Assembly: GCA_965247095.1 (NCBI GenBank)
Contig: OZ251997.1
Span: 832,001 to 896,000, forward strand
Direction of reading: 5' to 3'
Origin: Candidatus Multivorans sp.
GTDB lineage: Bacteria > Acidobacteriota > Thermoanaerobaculia > Multivoradales > Multivoraceae
DNA: 64,000 nucleotides
Position numbers and translations under genes: made by a program
Notes under the pieces: generated by a model
Databases searched by the model: none
What the model saw: only the letters and a program-made list of their open reading frames with translations
Told to the model about the DNA's origin: nothing
Shown here: positions 9,038 to 18,502 of the stretch, one piece after another
Numbering within the stretch: position 1 is the first letter of the stretch
Layout of the letters: the number at the start of each line of letters is the position of its first letter

Positions 9038-12000
9038 AGATCCACGACCTCCTCGACCGCGACCCGCGTGGCGCGCGCCTTGCGAACAACGGTCAGGCCC
9101 GGATCGACGGCGACGATGACCAGGGGACGCGCGTGCTGCGGGAGGAGCTCGCGACCTTCGTCTGCGACGGGAAGTTCGGCGACGCGCTTCGGCGCATCCT
9201 GGACCGCTATCTGAGCAATCTCGGTTCGGCGCGCCAGGATGCGGCCTGGGTCAGCGGCTTCTTCGGCAGCGGCAAGTCCCATCTGTTGAAGATGGCGGCG
9301 CACCTCTGGCGCAACACCGAGTTCGCCGACGGCGCCACCGCGCGCGGTCTGGCGGCTGCCTCGCTTCCCGATGACGTCGTCGCATCGCTGCGTGAATTGG
9401 ACACGCAGGCGAGACGGGTCGGTCAGATGCCGGTGGCGGCGGCGGGGACTCTGCTCGGCGGCAACGAGTGGGTCCGGCGCACGGTGCTGGAGATCATTCT
9501 CCGCGCGCGGGATTGGCCGGCGCAGTACGCGCAGGCTCGGTTCTGCTCGTGGCTGCTGGACGAGGGACGGCTTGACGCCGTACGGGCCGCGGTCGAAACC
9601 GCCGGCAAGGACTGGCGCCGTGAACTGAACAACCTCTACGTCAGCCCCTTTCTCGCTCGAGCGGTGATCGACGCCGTACCCGGCTTTGCGGGCGACGTGC
9701 CGGGCGCCAGACAGGCGATCCATAGCCAGTTCCCGCCGACCCGCGTAGACATCACGACCGAAGAGTTCGTCGACATCGCGCGCCGGGCGCTCTCGGGCGG
9801 CGGCGAGCTCCCGCACACCGTGCTCGTGCTGGACGAAGTGCAGCAGTACATCGGTGACGACGAGGCCCGGTCGTCCGCGATCACCGAACTCGCGGAGGCT
9901 GTCCAGACCCGCTTCGACGGTCGGGTCATGCTGATCGGCGCCGGACAGTCGGCGCTCTCAGCCGACACGCCGTACCTTGCGAAGCTGCGCGACCGGTTCG
10001 TTATCCGCGTCGAACTGACGGACGCCGACGTGGAGGCCGTGACTCGGAAGGTGCTGCTCCGCAAGAAGCCGAGCGCTGTTCCGGCGATCGAAAAGCTGTT
10101 CGAGACCCACGCCGGCGAGGTCGCGCGGCACCTCCAGAACACGCGAATCGGGGCGAGGGCGGAGGACGAGAGTCACCGGGTCGACGACTACCCCTTGCTG
10201 CCGACCCGGCGCCGGTTCTGGGAGGCGTGTTTCCAAGCGGTGGACGCGGGCGGCGGGCACAGTCAGCTCCGGTCGCAGTTGCGGATCCTCCACGACTCGC
10301 TGGAGGTTGTCGCCGGGCGCGGGCTGGGCGCCGCGATACCCGCCTCCGACCTCTTTGGTGCTCTGGCGCCCGACATGGTCAGCACGGGAGTGCTGCTGGG
10401 CGAACTGAACACCCGGATTCAGCGACTCGACAGCGGCCCGGAGCACGGCCGGCTGCGGCGCGACCTCTGCGGCCTCGCGTTTCTGATCGGAAAGCTGCCG
10501 CGCGAAGCGGCCGTCGACCTCGGAATGCGCGCGACGCCTGCGGCCATCGCCGACCTGATGGTGAGCGACATCGCCGAAGACGCCTCCGGATTCCGCGGTC
10601 TCGTGGCCGAGCAACTCGAGTTCCTCGCCGCCGACGGCGTGCTCCTGAAAGTCGGCGAGGAGTACCGCCTTCAGACGACCGAAGGGGCCGAGTGGGACCG
10701 CGCCTACCGCGAGCAGGTCAGCGCGCTCCGGCAGGATGAAGTCGAGGTCGCACGGGTTCGTAACCAGCTCTTCGGTCGGGCCCTTGAGGAGGCCATCTCA
10801 TCTCTCCGCGTCACCCAAGGGGCGTCGAAGATGCGCCGCACCGTCAAGCTGCATGCCTCGAGCGAAGCGCCGTCGCTGGACCAGGAAGCGGTAATCGTCT
10901 GGCTGCGGGACGGCTGGTCGTGCAACCGGAGGGCGGTGGAGAACGAGGCCCGTCGCGCGGGGGTCGAGAGTCCTACGCTCTTCGTGTTCCTGCCGCGGCG
11001 GCACGCGGATGCGCTGAAGGACCGCATCCTCTCGGTGGAAGCGGCACAGCGGGTGCTCAACCTGAAGGGAAGCCCGGCCTCCGCCGAGGGGCAGGACGCG
11101 AAGGCCGGCATGGAGAGCCGGCGCGAAGACGCGTTGCGAGGGCGCGCCGAACTCGTTCTCGACACACTGCGGGCGGCGAGTGTCTACCAGGGAGGCGGGA
11201 CGGAGGTCCACGGCGAAGATCTGCGCCAGAGAATCGAAGCCGGCGCCAAGGCTTCCGTGGCGAGACTGTTCCCGGACTTCGACAAGGGAGACCACCGAGC
11301 CTGGGAGGTCGCGCTGCGGCGGGCCCGTAACGGCTCCGACACGCCGTTGCAGGTCGTCGGCTGGGACCGTGCCACCGCCGATCATCCGGTCGCCCGCGAA
11401 GTGCTGGCGAAGATGGGCGCTGGCGCCCGGGGTACCGAACTGCACCGCGCCATGAAGGCCGCGCCCTTCGGCTGGCCGCAAGATGCTGTGGACGCTGTGC
11501 TGGTGGCCCTGCACCGGAGCGGCCACGTGCGGGTTACGCGCAACGGGGCACCAGTTCCGGCCGGAACGCTCGACCAGACTGGAATCAAGAGCGCCGAGTT
11601 CCGACCGGAGAAGGTCGTGCTCACGGCCAGCCAGCGGATCGATCTGCGCGAGCTGTTCCAGGAGTTGGGAATCCGTTCGCGGAGCGGCGAAGAGGGCTCA
11701 GCCGCGCGCGCCTTCCTCGACAGCCTCCAGGCGCTCGCCGTTTCCGCCGGCGGCGAGGCGCCGCTCCCGCCGGCGCCGGGGACCGTGTTCATCGACGAAC
11801 TCTCGCGACTGGTTGGGGCCGAGCAGTTGGCCGCGATCCACGCGCGGCGGGAGGGCATCCGCGAATCGATTGCCGAGTGGAAGGCGCTCTGCGAGCGAAG
11901 CGGCGAGCGGCTGCCTGTCTGGCGCAGGTTGACCGGCTTGCTGCGGCACGCCGCGAATCTCCCCGAGGCCGGGTCGGTGAGCGAGGAGGTCAGTGCCATC

Positions 12001-12501
12001 CAGGCGCAGCGCTCGCTTCTGGCCGAGACCGACCCTGCGGCGCCCCTAGCCGCACGGCTCGCCTCCGACCTGCGGGCGGCCGTCACCCAACGGCGGGTCA
12101 GGCTCGCGGACGCCCTGGCGGCCGCTGTGAGCGAACTCGCCGTGGACGCCACATGGCAGCGGCTCGACGGCGAGGCACAGCAGGAGATTCGCCGCGAGTG
12201 CCACCTGGAGCCGCCCGAGGATCTTCGGGTCGCGACGGACGACGAACTCCTTGCGAGCCTCGACGACCGACCGCTCTCCGCCTGGCAGTCCAACATCGAC
12301 GCTGTCCGCGAGCGAACGTCCCAGGCCCTGGCCGAGGCCGTCAGGCGTTTGCACGCGGAGGGCGAGAGTGCTGTTGCGCCCACGAGCGTCACGCTTCGCC
12401 GTGGAACGCTGGCCGACGAGGCGGCGGTGCGCGACTGGCTGCGGGAGCAGGAGGAGCGGTTGCTGGAGGCGGTGCGGAAGGGGCCGGTGGTGTTGCGGTG
12501 A
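9034..12501 (+). CDS. brxC: BREX P-loop ATPase BrxC
   Basis: WVSGFFGSGKSHLLK Walker A, VLDEVQQYIG Walker B, KLRDRF, YPLLP and PFGWPQDAVD; 1155 aa. Confidence 0.95.
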   Translation: MKIHDLLDRDPRGARLANNGQARIDGDDDQGTRVLREELATFVCDGKFGDALRRILDRYLSNLGSARQDAAWVSGFFGSGKSHLLKMAAHLWRNTEFADGATARGLAAASLPDDVVASLRELDTQARRVGQMPVAAAGTLLGGNEWVRRTVLEIILRARDWPAQYAQARFCSWLLDEGRLDAVRAAVETAGKDWRRELNNLYVSPFLARAVIDAVPGFAGDVPGARQAIHSQFPPTRVDITTEEFVDIARRALSGGGELPHTVLVLDEVQQYIGDDEARSSAITELAEAVQTRFDGRVMLIGAGQSALSADTPYLAKLRDRFVIRVELTDADVEAVTRKVLLRKKPSAVPAIEKLFETHAGEVARHLQNTRIGARAEDESHRVDDYPLLPTRRRFWEACFQAVDAGGGHSQLRSQLRILHDSLEVVAGRGLGAAIPASDLFGALAPDMVSTGVLLGELNTRIQRLDSGPEHGRLRRDLCGLAFLIGKLPREAAVDLGMRATPAAIADLMVSDIAEDASGFRGLVAEQLEFLAADGVLLKVGEEYRLQTTEGAEWDRAYREQVSALRQDEVEVARVRNQLFGRALEEAISSLRVTQGASKMRRTVKLHASSEAPSLDQEAVIVWLRDGWSCNRRAVENEARRAGVESPTLFVFLPRRHADALKDRILSVEAAQRVLNLKGSPASAEGQDAKAGMESRREDALRGRAELVLDTLRAASVYQGGGTEVHGEDLRQRIEAGAKASVARLFPDFDKGDHRAWEVALRRARNGSDTPLQVVGWDRATADHPVAREVLAKMGAGARGTELHRAMKAAPFGWPQDAVDAVLVALHRSGHVRVTRNGAPVPAGTLDQTGIKSAEFRPEKVVLTASQRIDLRELFQELGIRSRSGEEGSAARAFLDSLQALAVSAGGEAPLPPAPGTVFIDELSRLVGAEQLAAIHARREGIRESIAEWKALCERSGERLPVWRRLTGLLRHAANLPEAGSVSEEVSAIQAQRSLLAETDPAAPLAARLASDLRAAVTQRRVRLADALAAAVSELAVDATWQRLDGEAQQEIRRECHLEPPEDLRVATDDELLASLDDRPLSAWQSNIDAVRERTSQALAEAVRRLHAEGESAVAPTSVTLRRGTLADEAAVRDWLREQEERLLEAVRKGPVVLR

Positions 12502-12665
12502 GGGGCGGTTCTTCGAAGGTGCCTGAAGCGACAGGTGTTCGGCTGTGAAGGTGGAGTGCTCTACCTGCCGCGTGTGCCTGCGCAGGACCGGCTCGACTGG
12601 CGCAGCGTCGGCTGGCCGCTTCCAGAGTCCGGCACGGGTACCGCGGTGACTTGGGAGGTTTCAGA

Positions 12666-13844
12666 ATGACGTGCATTGACAGCATTCGACTTGACGGGTT
12701 CCTCTCGTTCCCACCCGGGTCGCCCGCGTTCGAGCTGCAGCCGCTGAACGTCCTGATCGGCCCCAACGGATCGGGGAAGTCGAACTTCATTGACGCGTTC
12801 GGGCTCCTGGCGGCTACTCCGCATGACTTCGCGGCGGCCGCTCGGGCTGGTGGGGCGGAAGAGTGGCTTTGGAAGGGAGACGGAGGTTCAGACCGGGCAC
12901 GGATCGAGATCGTGCTTGGCGACGGGACGCCGACGCGCAGGCCGCTCCGGTACGGGCTGGAGTTCGGGGTGGTCGGGAGGCGCGTGGAGGTTCTGGATGA
13001 GATGGTGGAGGAGGTCGAGCGGCTGCCCGGCAAGGACGATGTCTTTTTCTACTATCGGTTCCAGAAGGGGCGCCCGGCGATCAACGTTCGGCAGGCGGAT
13101 GGCGATTCCGTCAAGAGATTGCTCAAGCGGGAAAGCCTGCTGCCGGACCAGTCGGTCTTGGCCCAACGGAAGGACCCGGACCGGTATCCCGAAGTCACCT
13201 GGGTCGGGCGACGGCTGCCTTCGTTCGTGACCTTCCGCGAATGGACCTTCGGGCAGGACGCTCCCTTGCGTAGACCTCAGCCTGCTGACCTGCCGGACGA
13301 CTTGCTGTTGCGGGACAACCGGAATCTCGCTTTGGTGCTGAACTACATCAAGCACTCGGGCGAAACGCGGCTCGAAGAGCGGATGCGGGAGTTCTTCCCG
13401 CGGTTCGAGCGGCTGTCCACGCGCGTTGCCGGGGGCGCGGTGCAGTTCTACCTGCACGAGACGGGGTTCGCTTCGCCGATACCGGCCACTCGCCTTTCGG
13501 ACGGCACAGTCCGGTTCATGGCCCTGCTCGTCACACTGCTCAATCCCGTGCCGCCGCCGTTGGTGTGCATCGAAGAGCCGGAACTTGGGCTTCACCCCGA
13601 CGCCGTGTCGTCGGTGGCCGCAATGCTCGTCGAGGCCTCCGAACGCATGCAGTTGGTCGTCACGACGCACTCGGAGAGCTTGGTGAGTTCTCTGAGTAGT
13701 CGCCCCGAGGCGGTCGTGACTTGCGCACGGCCGGGCGCAGGAACCGAGTTACAGCGCCTTGATCCCGACGAGCTTGCAAGCTGGCTTGACGAGTATGGGC
13801 TCGACGACCTTTGGGCGAGGGGCGTGTTGGGAGCGAATCCGTGA
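12666..13844 (+). CDS. ABC-type ATPase (AAA_21/AAA_15-like)
   Basis: LIGPNGSGKSN, signature LSDGTVRF, Walker B IEEPELGLHPD and H-loop VTTHS; GGAGG RBS before ATG 12666. Confidence 0.92.
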   Translation: MTCIDSIRLDGFLSFPPGSPAFELQPLNVLIGPNGSGKSNFIDAFGLLAATPHDFAAAARAGGAEEWLWKGDGGSDRARIEIVLGDGTPTRRPLRYGLEFGVVGRRVEVLDEMVEEVERLPGKDDVFFYYRFQKGRPAINVRQADGDSVKRLLKRESLLPDQSVLAQRKDPDRYPEVTWVGRRLPSFVTFREWTFGQDAPLRRPQPADLPDDLLLRDNRNLALVLNYIKHSGETRLEERMREFFPRFERLSTRVAGGAVQFYLHETGFASPIPATRLSDGTVRFMALLVTLLNPVPPPLVCIEEPELGLHPDAVSSVAAMLVEASERMQLVVTTHSESLVSSLSSRPEAVVTCARPGAGTELQRLDPDELASWLDEYGLDDLWARGVLGANP

Positions 13845-14464
13845 GAGGTGTCCGGCTGTTCGTGGAAGGAGGAGGCGATACACGCGGAGGAGGTCGGGCC
13901 CTGCGGATCGGGTTCCAAGGGTTCCTTGGAGAGGTTCGGGAACGAGCCAGAGATAGGCGCAAGCGGTGGAATGTGGTGATGTGCGGCTCGCGGCGCAAGG
14001 CGTACGAGCGCTTTGTGAGAGAGGCTTCGGCTGCGAGGGAGGACTTCATCGTTCTCCTGGTCGATTCCGAAGAGGAAGTGACCAGGGCGCCGAAGGCGCA
14101 CTTGGCTGCAAGAAGCGGAGATGGGTGGACCGATTGGAATCAAACGCTGGAGAGTCAGGTCCACTTGATGGTCCAGACGATGGAGACCTGGTTGATCGCG
14201 GATATTGAGACTCTTCGTTCCTACTACGGCAGCCGCTTCAACGGCAATTCGCTGCCTAGGCGGCAGGACCTGGAGAAGGTCCCGAAAGAGAACGTCAGTT
14301 CGGCGCTCGCTCGGGCGACCCAGAAGACTCAGAAGGGCGAGTACCACAAGATCCGCCACGCCAGCGAGCTCCTGGCCCTGGTGGACCCTGAGAAAGCCAA
14401 GGAGCGTTGCCGGAATTGCAAGCGGCTGTTCGAAACTCTGACCTCGGTGATCGAGGCCGCCTGA
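13841..14464 (+). CDS. DUF4276 family protein (TOPRIM-like)
   Basis: LFVEGGG, LLVDSE, HLMVQTMETWLIAD and YHKIRHA; GTGA overlap with the ATPase stop. Confidence 0.8.
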   Translation: MRGVRLFVEGGGDTRGGGRALRIGFQGFLGEVRERARDRRKRWNVVMCGSRRKAYERFVREASAAREDFIVLLVDSEEEVTRAPKAHLAARSGDGWTDWNQTLESQVHLMVQTMETWLIADIETLRSYYGSRFNGNSLPRRQDLEKVPKENVSSALARATQKTQKGEYHKIRHASELLALVDPEKAKERCRNCKRLFETLTSVIEAA

Positions 14465-14465
14465 C

Positions 14466-17400
14466 GTGACCGAACCCCTCGCCCCGGAACTGCGCAAGCA
14501 GTTGGAGAAGGCCGTGCGCGACGCCCGGCGCCTTGGCGAAGCCGGCGCTCGCGCCGCGTTGCGGGCGTTGGCGGTGCACGAGTCACGGCCCTACGAGGGG
14601 GTGTCGGAGGACGAGCGTGCGCTGCGGCGGCGGCTTCGGGCCCACGGTCGCCAGTTGGGCGACGAGCCGAACCGGCAGAGGGGAACGCAGGCGATCGGGC
14701 GACTGGTCCACGAGGTGGCCTACGAGCACTGGCACCGGATGCTCTTCGCGCGGTTTCTGGCGGAGAACGGCCTGCTTGTGGAGCCCGAGTCCGGGGTTCC
14801 GGTGTCGCTTGAGGAGTGCGCCGAGTTGGCGCGGGAAGGGCGGGGCACGGATGGTTGGCAAGTTGCGGAGAGCTTTGCCGCCCGGATGCTGCCGCAGATC
14901 TTTCGGCCGGAAGACCCGGCGCTCGCGGTCACTCTGGCCCCGGAGACGCGGCAAGCACTGGAAAAGCTGGTCGCCGAACTGCCGGCGGCGGTGTTCACCG
15001 CGAGCGACTCGCTGGGTTGGACCTACCAGTTCTGGCAGACGGACCGGAAGGACGAGGTGAAGCGGTCGGGTGCGAAGATCGGTGCCGACGAGTTGCCGGC
15101 GGTGACACAGTTGTTCACCGAGAACTACATGGTCCGGTTCCTGTTCCAGAACACCATCGGTGCCTGGCGGGCCGGCAAGGTGCTGGCGGAGCGGCCCGAA
15201 GTGGCCGAGGGCGCCGCGAGCGAAGCGGAACTCGCGGAAGCGGTGCGCATCGAGCCGAGGGGCGGTCTGGAGGGGTACGACTTCGAGTACCTGCGGTTCG
15301 TCCGCGAACCGGCTGGCGGCGACGGCAAGGATGGGGACGAGGAACGTGCCGGGCCGCCCTGGCGGCCGGCAGCGGGTACTTTGTCTGGCTGGCCCCGCCG
15401 GGTCGCCGAACTGCGGGTGCTCGACCCGTGCTGCGGCAGCGGTCACTTCCTCGCCGAGGGTCTTGAACTCCTGGTTCGCCTCCGCATGGAGGAGGAAGAT
15501 CTCGGAGTCGAGGCGGCGGTGGGGGTCGTCCTTCGGGACAACCTCTTCGGCCTAGAGATCGACGAGCGCTGTACCCAGATTGCGGCCTTCAGCGTGGCCT
15601 TCGCCGCTTGGAAGCTCGTGGGCCGTCCGGTTGAGTTGCCTCCGCCTCAAATCGCGTGTTCTGGTCTCGCGCCGAGCGCTTCCAAGGAGGAGTGGCTGAG
15701 TCTGGCTGCCGGTCACCAGGAGTTGGAGGGTGCACTAGAGGAGCTTTGGAACTTGTTTCGGCAGGCTCCGACGCTCGGCTCCCTGCTCGACCCCGCAGGC
15801 GTAGACAGAGGGTTGTTCCGAGCAGACTACAAGGCAGTGGAGCAGTTGCTGGCTTCGGCGATGGCGAAGGAGAACTCAGGAGCAGAACAGAGGGAGCGGT
15901 CGGTGGCGGCGCGAGGCATGAACTACGCCAGGAAGCTGCTTGCTGGCGAGTACGATCTCGTCATCACCAACGTGCCGTACCTGGCCCGCGGAAAGCAAGA
16001 CGCCACGATGCAGGAGTTCGGAGACCGGGAGTACCCCGACGCGAAGAAGGAACTTGCCACGATGTTCGTGGCACGGATCAACCGGTGGCTGGGCGCGAGC
16101 GGCGTTCAAGCTGTCGTCGCCCAACAGTATTGGCTGTTTCTGACCAGCTATAGGGAGCTGCGTGGACGATTCCTACGAGCGCACACCTGGCGGCTATGGT
16201 CTCGTCTGGGTGCAGGGGCCTTTGAGGCGATCAGCGGAGAAGTTGTCAATGTCGCACTTACGGTCCTTTCTACCGAGAGGCCCAGCGATGAATGGCGCAT
16301 GGTCGGAATCGATGTGTCAACGCCGCGAGGCCAGAGGCCGATTCGGCCACGTGGCAAAGCGAGGCTGCTGCGAAGCGGCACGGCCCCGCCGGTCCTAGCA
16401 CTACAGTGCGACCAAACGCTCAACCCTGGAAGCCGCGTCCTTATGCGGCCGTTCCCAGGTGTGCCACTGCTGCGGACCGTTAGTTACGGCCATCAGGGCA
16501 TCGCTACGGCGGACTACGCGTGCTTTGGCAGGAAGTTCTGGGAGCTTCCGGAACTAGGCTCGAGCTGGGAGTTCCAGCAAAGCACTGTCCGGGAAACCAG
16601 TGATTTTGGAGGGCGTGAGCATGTCTTGCATTGGGAAGAAGGCGAAGGTCCGCTTCAACGCAGCGAAGGCGTACGTATACAGGGGGGGGGAGCATGGAGT
16701 AGAGAAGGCGTAGCCGTCTCTCAGATGGGCGCTCTGCCCGTCACGCGCTATACGGGAGAGTACTTCGACAACAACGTTGCCGTCTTGACGGTCAATGATC
16801 AGCGGTATCTTCCGGCCGTCTGGTGCTTTTGTTCAGCCAGTGACTACGCTGCGCGGATCGGCGAGATAGACCAAGCGCCCAAGGTCACCAACGCCAATCT
16901 CGTCGAGGTCCCGTTCGATCTCTCGTACTGGCAGGAGGTTGCGACAGAGGAGTATCCCAACGGCTTCCCCGAGCCCTACTCCGACGACCCGACCCAGTGG
17001 CTGTTCCACGGCCACCCTTGCGGCTCCGTGGTCTGGGACGAGGAGTCGAAATGGACCGCCCACGGTCCGCTCCGGGCAGACGCCTCCGTGCTCCAAGTCG
17101 CGGTGGCGCGGCTGCTCGGCTACCGCTGGCCGGCGGAGCTGGACCCCGACATGCGTCTGGCGGCGGAGTCGAGAGCGTGGGTCGAGCGGGGCCGGGAACT
17201 CGACGGCTTCGCCGACGCGGACGGCATCGTGTGCATTCAGGCCGCGGCAGGTGAACTGCCCGCAGCAGACCGCCTGCGGCGCCTGCTCGCGGCTGCCTAC
17301 GGTGAGGAGTGGTCGGCGGCGAAGGAGCAGGAACTCCTGGCGGCCGCTGCGGACGGCAAGAGGCCGGCCAAGTCACTCGATGAATGGCTGCGCGACCAGT

Positions 17401-18080
17401 TCTTCGCCGAGCACTGCAAGCTCTTGCACAACCGGCCATTCATCTGCCACATCTGGGACGGCCGCAGCGACGGCTTTCACGCTCTGGTCAACTACCACCG
17501 CCTCTGTGGCCCGGACGGCGAAGGGCGCCGAACCCTCGAGGCGCTCGCCTACCGCCACTTGGGCGAGTGGATCGACCGTCAGCGGGCAGCGCAGAGCCAG
17601 GGCGAGGAAGGCGCCGACGCGCGGCTTGCGGCGGCCCAGGACCTGCAACGCCAGTTGGCGCTCCTCCTGGAGGGCGAACCGCCCTACGACCTCTTCGTCC
17701 GCTGGCGGCCGCTCCACGAACAGCCGCGGGGCTGGGCGCCGAACCTCGACGATGGCGTGAGGCTCAACATCCGCCCCTTCATGCGCGCCGAACTCCAAGC
17801 CGGCGGGAGGAAGGGCGCCGGGATTCTCCGCGCCAAGCCGAACATCAAGTGGGGCAAGGACCGCGGCAAGGAGCCCGAGAGTCTCCGCCCCAGAGAGGAC
17901 TTCCCCTGGTTCTACTCTTGCCCCGGACAAGGTTCCGAGGCCGACCGCACGGACTACGCAGCGCCTGCGGAGGCCGCATACGATGGCAACCGCTGGAACG
18001 ACCTTCACTACACGCGGGCCGCCAAGGAAATGGCGCGTGCCCGGGCGGCCACGGGCGATGCGAGAGAACTAGGGCGATGA
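14466..18080 (+). CDS. pglX: BREX N6-adenine DNA methyltransferase PglX (BrxX)
   Basis: ELPAVTQLFTENYMV, VLDPCCGSGHFL (motif I), ITNVPY (motif IV variant), RPFICHIWDG and PNLDDGVRLNIRPF; 1204 aa. Confidence 0.95.
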   Translation: MTEPLAPELRKQLEKAVRDARRLGEAGARAALRALAVHESRPYEGVSEDERALRRRLRAHGRQLGDEPNRQRGTQAIGRLVHEVAYEHWHRMLFARFLAENGLLVEPESGVPVSLEECAELAREGRGTDGWQVAESFAARMLPQIFRPEDPALAVTLAPETRQALEKLVAELPAAVFTASDSLGWTYQFWQTDRKDEVKRSGAKIGADELPAVTQLFTENYMVRFLFQNTIGAWRAGKVLAERPEVAEGAASEAELAEAVRIEPRGGLEGYDFEYLRFVREPAGGDGKDGDEERAGPPWRPAAGTLSGWPRRVAELRVLDPCCGSGHFLAEGLELLVRLRMEEEDLGVEAAVGVVLRDNLFGLEIDERCTQIAAFSVAFAAWKLVGRPVELPPPQIACSGLAPSASKEEWLSLAAGHQELEGALEELWNLFRQAPTLGSLLDPAGVDRGLFRADYKAVEQLLASAMAKENSGAEQRERSVAARGMNYARKLLAGEYDLVITNVPYLARGKQDATMQEFGDREYPDAKKELATMFVARINRWLGASGVQAVVAQQYWLFLTSYRELRGRFLRAHTWRLWSRLGAGAFEAISGEVVNVALTVLSTERPSDEWRMVGIDVSTPRGQRPIRPRGKARLLRSGTAPPVLALQCDQTLNPGSRVLMRPFPGVPLLRTVSYGHQGIATADYACFGRKFWELPELGSSWEFQQSTVRETSDFGGREHVLHWEEGEGPLQRSEGVRIQGGGAWSREGVAVSQMGALPVTRYTGEYFDNNVAVLTVNDQRYLPAVWCFCSASDYAARIGEIDQAPKVTNANLVEVPFDLSYWQEVATEEYPNGFPEPYSDDPTQWLFHGHPCGSVVWDEESKWTAHGPLRADASVLQVAVARLLGYRWPAELDPDMRLAAESRAWVERGRELDGFADADGIVCIQAAAGELPAADRLRRLLAAAYGEEWSAAKEQELLAAAADGKRPAKSLDEWLRDQFFAEHCKLLHNRPFICHIWDGRSDGFHALVNYHRLCGPDGEGRRTLEALAYRHLGEWIDRQRAAQSQGEEGADARLAAAQDLQRQLALLLEGEPPYDLFVRWRPLHEQPRGWAPNLDDGVRLNIRPFMRAELQAGGRKGAGILRAKPNIKWGKDRGKEPESLRPREDFPWFYSCPGQGSEADRTDYAAPAEAAYDGNRWNDLHYTRAAKEMARARAATGDARELGR
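16682..16690 (+). repeat. G9 homopolymer inside pglX, currently in frame
   Basis: ATA CAG GGG GGG GGA GCA (IQGGGA); longest homopolymer I noticed in the window. Confidence 0.9.
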
Positions 18081-18502
18081 GTCGACTGAAGCAGGACAAT
18101 GGCGACGACTACCCTGAGGCTGCGCGCAAGCACCTCCTGGACGCGGCCGCACTTCTCTCGGCTGGGCGGCCGGATGGCTCGGCATACTTGGCCGGCTACG
18201 TCGTGGAGTGCTCCCTGAAGACTCTCCTGCAGATTGAGAAGGGGAGCGCAGATCGCATTCACATGCTCGCGGCCCTCCGCCGACAAGTGGCTGCTCTGGC
18301 GGTACAGGCGAACGTGACGACTGGGCGCTATTGCCTTGTGGCTGACAGACTTCTCTGCAATGCGGTGATCCTGAAGTGGAGACCGGAAATCCGCTATCGA
18401 GAACCGAGCACGTCGGCCGCAGACGCCCAAGCTTGGCAGCGAGAAGCTGCGGCGGTGTATTCCCGAGTCGTGGGCGCACTCATCCTTGATGGGAGGATCT
18501 GA
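18077..18502 (+). CDS. HEPN-like small protein
   Basis: 141 aa from ATG 18077 (ATGA overlap with the pglX stop): AARKHLLDAAALL...AYLAGYVVECSLK...HxLxxL...WRPEIRY, the helical HEPN pattern. Confidence 0.75.
   Translation: MSRLKQDNGDDYPEAARKHLLDAAALLSAGRPDGSAYLAGYVVECSLKTLLQIEKGSADRIHMLAALRRQVAALAVQANVTTGRYCLVADRLLCNAVILKWRPEIRYREPSTSAADAQAWQREAAAVYSRVVGALILDGRI

Noticed and set aside
17384-18076. 5' extension of the 372-aa ORF 17384-18502
   Set aside because: Overlaps pglX in another frame; the HEPN-like protein plausibly starts at ATG 18077.
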